Source: Kangiellaceae bacterium (GTDB lineage: Bacteria > Pseudomonadota > Gammaproteobacteria > Enterobacterales > Kangiellaceae). Taken from it: a stretch of DNA of 64,000 nt. The notes below the pieces were generated by a model. The model was not told the origin of the DNA and made no database searches. It was given only the letters and a program-made list of their open reading frames with translations. The stretch lies in assembly GCA_013373015.1 (NCBI GenBank), contig JABXIQ010000001.1, forward strand, positions 2,198-66,197. Reading direction: 5' to 3'. This document shows, one piece after another, positions 59,427 through 64,000 of the stretch (positions are counted from its first letter, which is position 1; the number at the start of each line of letters is the position of its first letter). Position numbers and translations under genes: made by a program.

Positions 59427-61418
59427 TTATTGATAAATGCTAGCTTGTCGCAATTGTTCTATCTCATCACGCACCTTAGCAGCCTGCTCGAACTCTAAAT
59501 TCTTTGCAAAATCAAGCATTTGCTGTTCCAGTCGTTCGATTTCCTTAACCGTTTCGGCCATGCTTCTAACTTGATATTTACCTTTCTTTTCAGCAACTTT
59601 ACGCTTTTGCCCTGAACCTTGCCCTGTATCCATCACATCGGTAATTTTCTTGGAGACACCTTTCGGGGTAATTCCATGCTTTTGGTTAAATTCTTGTTGA
59701 ATTTTTCGCCGCCTTTCTGTTTCACCAATTGCCCTTTCCATCGAACCTGTAATGCGATCCGCATACAAAATAGCTTTACCCTTGAGATTACGCGCAGCTC
59801 GACCAATGGTCTGAATCAATGAGCGCTCAGAGCGTAAGAAGCCTTCTTTATCCGCATCTAAAATTGCCACGAGTGAAACTTCCGGCATATCTAAGCCTTC
59901 ACGCAACAGGTTAATCCCAACCAAGACATCGAACTCCCCTAAGCGTAGATCACGAATAATTTCCATCCGCTCCACCGTATCAATATCCGAGTGCAAGTAA
60001 CGCACACGAACATCATGCTCAGACAAATAATCCGTAAGATCTTCAGCCATACGCTTGGTCAAGGTAGTTACTAACACTCGTTCATTAACCGCCACACGCT
60101 TATTGATTTCTGATAACAAATCATCCACTTGTGTGCCCACTGGCCGCACTTCTAATTCTGGATCGACCAATCCTGTGGGCCTCACCAGTTGCTCTACTAC
60201 CTGCCCAGCATGTTCGGCTTCATAATTACCAGGGGTTGCAGATACAAAAATAGTCTGCGGCGCAATATGCTCAAACTCTTCAAAACGTAGCGGTCTATTA
60301 TCAAGAGCAGATGGCAATCTAAAACCAAACTCAACCAAGGTTTCTTTACGCGAGCGATCACCTTTATACATGGCTCCAATCTGCGAAACTGTCACATGTG
60401 ACTCATCAATAATCATCAAGGCATCTTGCGGCAAATAGTCCAACAAACATGGCGGTGGCTCACCCGGTTTAGCACCAGATAAGAAGCGTGAGTAATTTTC
60501 AATACCTGAGCAGTAGCCTAACTCTTGCATCATCTCAATATCAAACTTAACTCGCTGTTCTAAACGCTGAGCTTCAACCAGTTTGTTCATATCGTATAAT
60601 TGTGCCAAGCGCTCTTTTAGCTCAACTTTAATCTCTTCAATCGCATCAAGTATGGTCTGCCTTGAAGTCACATAATGGCTTTTAGGGAATATTGTCACTC
60701 GCGATAGACGTTTAAGCACTTCTCCTGTCAACGGGTCGAAAGTCTGTATGCTTTCTACCTCATCGTCAAATAACTCAATTCGAATGGCCTGCTTTTCAGA
60801 TTCGGCTGGATAAACATCAATCACATCACCACGCACACGGTAAGTGGCGCGGTTAAGGTCAAATTCATTACGAGTATATTGCAACTCGGCTAAGCGCCTT
60901 AAAATAAAACGTTGGTCTATGTTATCCCCGATTTTAAGGTGCATCACCATGCTATGAAACGCCTTAGGATCGCCAAGACCATAGATGGCCGAAACTGAGG
61001 CTACAATAATCGAATCTCGACGCTCTAATAAGGCTCGCGTGGCAGACAGACGCATCTGCTCAATATGCTCATTAATCGACGAATCTTTCTCAATGAAAGT
61101 ATCTGACGCTGGCACGTAAGCCTCGGGTTGATAGTAATCATAATAAGAAACGAAATATTCCACCGCATTGTTGGGGAAAAATTCCTTCATTTCACCATAC
61201 AACTGAGCCGCAAGAGTCTTATTAGGCGCCATGATAATCGCGGGACGGCCGCTTTGTGCTATAACATTTGCAATGGTATAGGTTTTCCCCGATCCCGTAA
61301 CCCCAAGCAGTGTTTGGTGTGACAACCCATCTTCTAAACCCTCTAGCAATTGCTCGATTGCCTTAGGCTGATCGCCAGCAGGAGAAAATGGTGATTGAAT
61401 TTGAAAAGTCTGGCTCAT
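59427..61418 (-). CDS. uvrB: excinuclease ABC subunit B
   Basis: 663 aa with the Walker A motif [10 protein letters not shown], the DESH box (IIDESHVT), helicase motifs and the C-terminal UVR domain ([11 protein letters not shown]). Confidence 0.97.
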   Translation of the reverse strand: MSQTFQIQSPFSPAGDQPKAIEQLLEGLEDGLSHQTLLGVTGSGKTYTIANVIAQSGRPAIIMAPNKTLAAQLYGEMKEFFPNNAVEYFVSYYDYYQPEAYVPASDTFIEKDSSINEHIEQMRLSATRALLERRDSIIVASVSAIYGLGDPKAFHSMVMHLKIGDNIDQRFILRRLAELQYTRNEFDLNRATYRVRGDVIDVYPAESEKQAIRIELFDDEVESIQTFDPLTGEVLKRLSRVTIFPKSHYVTSRQTILDAIEEIKVELKERLAQLYDMNKLVEAQRLEQRVKFDIEMMQELGYCSGIENYSRFLSGAKPGEPPPCLLDYLPQDALMIIDESHVTVSQIGAMYKGDRSRKETLVEFGFRLPSALDNRPLRFEEFEHIAPQTIFVSATPGNYEAEHAGQVVEQLVRPTGLVDPELEVRPVGTQVDDLLSEINKRVAVNERVLVTTLTKRMAEDLTDYLSEHDVRVRYLHSDIDTVERMEIIRDLRLGEFDVLVGINLLREGLDMPEVSLVAILDADKEGFLRSERSLIQTIGRAARNLKGKAILYADRITGSMERAIGETERRRKIQQEFNQKHGITPKGVSKKITDVMDTGQGSGQKRKVAEKKGKYQVRSMAETVKEIERLEQQMLDFAKNLEFEQAAKVRDEIEQLRQASIYQ

Positions 61419-61598
61419 TGTTATCTTCTTGTCGCTATAACTTTAATTTATTTGATCAAGCTCACAACCAATTAATAAGGCTTGGGTACACTAAAGACAT
61501 CTAGTATGATTGGCGCTTATTGTCTCATATTGTATGACTTGATGGTAAAAAATCTGTCATCCCACAAAAGTAAATATTGCAAAAGTTGAGGATTTCTC

Positions 61599-62777
61599 GT
61601 GGCAATTCAATTATCCGATAGAGTACAACTGGTAAAACCGTCACCGACCCTAGCAGTGGCGGCAAAAGCGAAAGAATTAAAAGCCCAAGGCCGGAATATT
61701 GTTGGCTTGGGTACGGGTGAACCCGATTTTGATACCCCTCAGCACATCAAAGATGCAGCAATTGAGGCAATTCAAGCAGGCGCAACTAAATATACCCCTG
61801 TTGATGGTACCGTTGAGCTAAAAGAAGCTATTATTGAAAAATTTAAGCGTGACAATGGCTTAGACTATGAGCTTAATCAAATCCTAGTCTCTTGTGGTGG
61901 CAAACAAAGTTTCTATAACCTCTGCCAAGCCTTACTCAATGATGGCGATGAAGTGATCATCCCTGCTCCTTATTGGGTTTCTTATCCCGACATGGCCATT
62001 TTGGCGGGAGGCAAGCCTGTGATCATTGAGACTTCTATCGACCAGCATTTAAAAATCACTCCACAGCAGCTGGAAAACGCCATAACCGATAAAACTCGTT
62101 TGTTTGTCATCAATAGTCCAAGCAACCCTACTGGCGTGGCCTATACTAAAGCCGAACTCAAAGCTCTCGGTGACGTACTGCTAAAATATCCTGATGTGTT
62201 AATAGCCACAGACGATATGTACGAGCACATCCTATGGAGCGATGAACCATTTGCAAATATTCTCAATGCAAGCCCAGAGCTTTATGACAGAACCATTGTT
62301 CTCAATGGCGTATCAAAGGCTTACGCCATGACCGGTTGGCGTATTGGTTATGCAGGCGGTCCTGCGAATTTGATCGGTGCAATGAAGAAAGTTCAATCAC
62401 AAAGCACCTCAAACCCAGCCGCGCCCAGTCAAGCTGCTGCAACCTCGGCTTTGGCAGGTGATCAGTCTTGTATTAAACCAATGTTAGTAGAGTTTAAAAA
62501 ACGCCATGACTACCTTGTAGAAGCGCTAAATGCCATTGACGGAGTCACCTGTCTACCGAGCGATGGTACTTTTTACGCATTTCCTAACGTACAAGGCATG
62601 ATCGATAAACATGGCTGTAAGTCTGATTTGGATTTAGCTGAGTTGTTAATCGAGAGAGTAGATTTAGCTCTAGTACCAGGCTCTGCCTTTGGAGCACCTG
62701 GACATATGCGCCTGTCATATGCTGCAAGCATGGATACATTGAAAGAAGCCATCAATCGTTTACAAAAAATGGCATAA
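61599..62777 (+). CDS. aspartate/aromatic aminotransferase (class I PLP-dependent)
   Basis: The GTG start is 8 nt after GAGGA. 392 aa. The PLP-lysine motif is GVSKAYAMTGWRIGY, and INSPSNPTG is present. Confidence 0.9.
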   Translation: MAIQLSDRVQLVKPSPTLAVAAKAKELKAQGRNIVGLGTGEPDFDTPQHIKDAAIEAIQAGATKYTPVDGTVELKEAIIEKFKRDNGLDYELNQILVSCGGKQSFYNLCQALLNDGDEVIIPAPYWVSYPDMAILAGGKPVIIETSIDQHLKITPQQLENAITDKTRLFVINSPSNPTGVAYTKAELKALGDVLLKYPDVLIATDDMYEHILWSDEPFANILNASPELYDRTIVLNGVSKAYAMTGWRIGYAGGPANLIGAMKKVQSQSTSNPAAPSQAAATSALAGDQSCIKPMLVEFKKRHDYLVEALNAIDGVTCLPSDGTFYAFPNVQGMIDKHGCKSDLDLAELLIERVDLALVPGSAFGAPGHMRLSYAASMDTLKEAINRLQKMA

Positions 62778-62803
62778 AAATTAAAAAAATCTCAAAATAG
62801 GTG

Positions 62804-62832
62804 TTGACCGAAACGCGAAATATGTCTATTAT
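62804..62832 (+). promoter_or_regulatory. candidate tRNA-Asn promoter
   Basis: TTGACC (62804-62809), 17-nt spacer, TATTAT (62827-62832). It is followed by a GC-rich discriminator CTCGCCCC. Confidence 0.45.
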
Positions 62833-62875
62833 CTCGCCCCGTTCAAGACGATAACATCTTGAACGGCAACACAAT

Positions 62876-62951
62876 TCCCCCTTAGTTCAGTTGGTAGAAC
62901 GGTGGACTGTTAATCCATATGTCGCTGGTTCAAGTCCAGCAGGGGGAGCCA
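62876..62951 (+). tRNA. tRNA-Asn (anticodon GTT)
   Basis: The sequence is TCCCCCTTAGTTCAGTTGGTAGAACGGTGGACTGTTAATCCATATGTCGCTGGTTCAAGTCCAGCAGGGGGAGCCA. The acceptor stem is TCCCCCT/AGGGGGA and the anticodon loop is CTGTTAA. It is near-identical in layout to E. coli tRNA-Asn. Confidence 0.92.
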
Positions 62952-62960
62952 TATTTTAAA

Positions 62961-62988
62961 GGCCTTGCAGAGATGCGAGGCCTTTTTT
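62961..62988 (+). terminator. rho-independent terminator after tRNA-Asn
   Basis: GGCCTTGC-AGAGAT-GCGAGGCC (8 bp with one G-U pair) followed by T6. Confidence 0.6.
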
Positions 62989-63167
62989 ATTGCCTGTAAG
63001 ATAGTCAAATGTAGGCGCTATGTAGGCAAGAAATTACATTCATATATCTGGCTGTCCATATCTTGTGCGCCATAGATAGCTCCTTGCTTATATCTATTGA
63101 AAGAACTACTATCTACTTCAATTAGACTAATTTAAAACATAAAAATAGAAGATATCGGACAACTGGG

Positions 63168-64000
63168 ATGTTACTTAACTCACTCAAAGCTAAAATCAAT
63201 AAAGATATCAAAGATACGTTTAAGAAAAATGAAAACTTCTTAAACACTCGCTGGAATTATGCAGAAAACAATATTCTTCTTTGGTCTAAGCATTATTTAA
63301 AGTATCCTATTCTCTCTTTTCTGCTCTCAATTCTTCTAATTATTAATTTCTCTATCTGGGAAGGTTCTTTTACACCTTTCTTAGATAAGTATATTCCAGA
63401 CGTTAATGCTTTGACCGAGTGGCAATCTGTATTTTTTGCAGGGCAACTTACAATGGTAGCTGTCATATATCCTTTGGTTATCGCATTAATGAGTATACTC
63501 ATTCAAGATAAATCAGCAAAAAAAGTAATCTTTCCTGTGTATCAAGAGTACTCAGGGTTCATGTATTCTGGATTAAGTGGACTGTTACTGTCTGGTTTTA
63601 TTACTATAGGCTTCGTTGTAGAAGCTACAATTAGTAACAGTATTTATATTGCTATATGTTTAATCTCATTTATTTGGCTCATCATCAACATCGTATTAAC
63701 AGCTTGGTTTTTTATTCAAACTTTTAGAATACTGGAGTCAGAAGAAAGAGAAAAACTAGTACTCAGGTATGCAATACATGAACTTTTCTTTCCAGATGTG
63801 TGTAATAGAATAAAAACGAGCTGCTTAACATATCCTGTCCAACTAGGCTTAATAAACAATAATTTTGAATCTTTAGCCACCGAAGATATTTCACTACCAG
63901 ATGATGATTTTGAAGATCTTATACGAAAAAATAAACATGAAGGATATACAGTTGTTAATGTACATTACTGGTTAATTAATATTGCTTTAAAACTTCAGAG
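63168..64000 (+). CDS. hypothetical multi-pass membrane protein, open-ended at the window edge
   Basis: Hand translation from ATG 63168, the first ATG after the in-frame TAG at 63123, gives 277 codons with no stop up to position 64000: MLLNSLKAKINKDIKDTFKKNENFLNTRWNYAENNILLWSKHYLKYPILSFLLSILLIINF... It has about 4 hydrophobic helices and is very AT-rich. It is not in the ORF track because it is open-ended. Confidence 0.5.
   Translation, partial: MLLNSLKAKINKDIKDTFKKNENFLNTRWNYAENNILLWSKHYLKYPILSFLLSILLIINFSIWEGSFTPFLDKYIPDVNALTEWQSVFFAGQLTMVAVIYPLVIALMSILIQDKSAKKVIFPVYQEYSGFMYSGLSGLLLSGFITIGFVVEATISNSIYIAICLISFIWLIINIVLTAWFFIQTFRILESEEREKLVLRYAIHELFFPDVCNRIKTSCLTYPVQLGLINNNFESLATEDISLPDDDFEDLIRKNKHEGYTVVNVHYWLINIALKLQ

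Noticed and set aside
61419-61598. A LexA (SOS) box upstream of uvrB
   Set aside because: I scanned both strands of the divergent uvrB/aminotransferase spacer for CTGT-N8-ACAG. The only CTGT (ATCTGTCATCCCACAAAAG) lacks the ACAG half-site.
1-64000. CRISPR arrays, IS elements, transposases, integrases, prophage genes and rRNA
   Set aside because: I noticed no regularly spaced direct repeats, no DDE or tyrosine-recombinase-like ORFs and no rRNA-like segments on reading the ORF track and intergenic regions. This was an eye scan only, not a computational repeat search.

Overview
This is a chromosomal segment of a low-GC gammaproteobacterium. Gene content and synteny look marine and Alteromonadales- or Vibrionales-like, but that is inference only. 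I found no rRNA, CRISPR array, IS element, transposase or integrase. Positions 1-29.3 kb hold ordinary housekeeping genes: ispB, pckA, hda, hpt, purMN, dcd, the divergent apbC(mrp)/metG pair, ggt, rnfABCDGE-nth and tRNA-Val. Interspersed are a few poorly understood genes: a pentapeptide-repeat/class III cyclase fusion, DUF2066, DUF3108, and a LemA-DUF2207-orphan module. Positions 29.4-58.6 kb are the accessory region. It is one co-directional minus-strand polysaccharide locus of about 28.5 kb with 25 genes, preceded by rfaH and an ops element. The locus combines several modules. Export and assembly genes are an OPX/Wza-like exporter, Wzi, Wzz, Wzx and Wzy. Glycan-building genes are a WecA-type initiating transferase, a GacB/WchF-type rhamnosyltransferase, a GT4 transferase and rfbBACD. 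Accessory enzymes are a PIG-L deacetylase and a dispersin-B-like GH20 hydrolase. It also has four sulfotransferases of two classes and a complete private sulfation economy: an SLC13 sulfate-type permease, an ATP sulfurylase-APS kinase fusion and the PAP phosphatase CysQ. A catalytically degenerate UDP-glucose dehydrogenase paralog, a pgi and a PMM/PGM are present as well. I read this as a dedicated factory for a densely sulfated, possibly N-sulfated, rhamnose/hexosamine capsule or O-antigen, and it is the main candidate for a novel system. The right end (58.6-64 kb) carries an MlaC-like gene, uvrB, an aspartate aminotransferase and tRNA-Asn. After the tRNA comes an AT-rich open-ended ORF for a multi-pass membrane protein, which may mark an island boundary. 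All calls rest on hand reading of motifs and synteny; no database search was possible.
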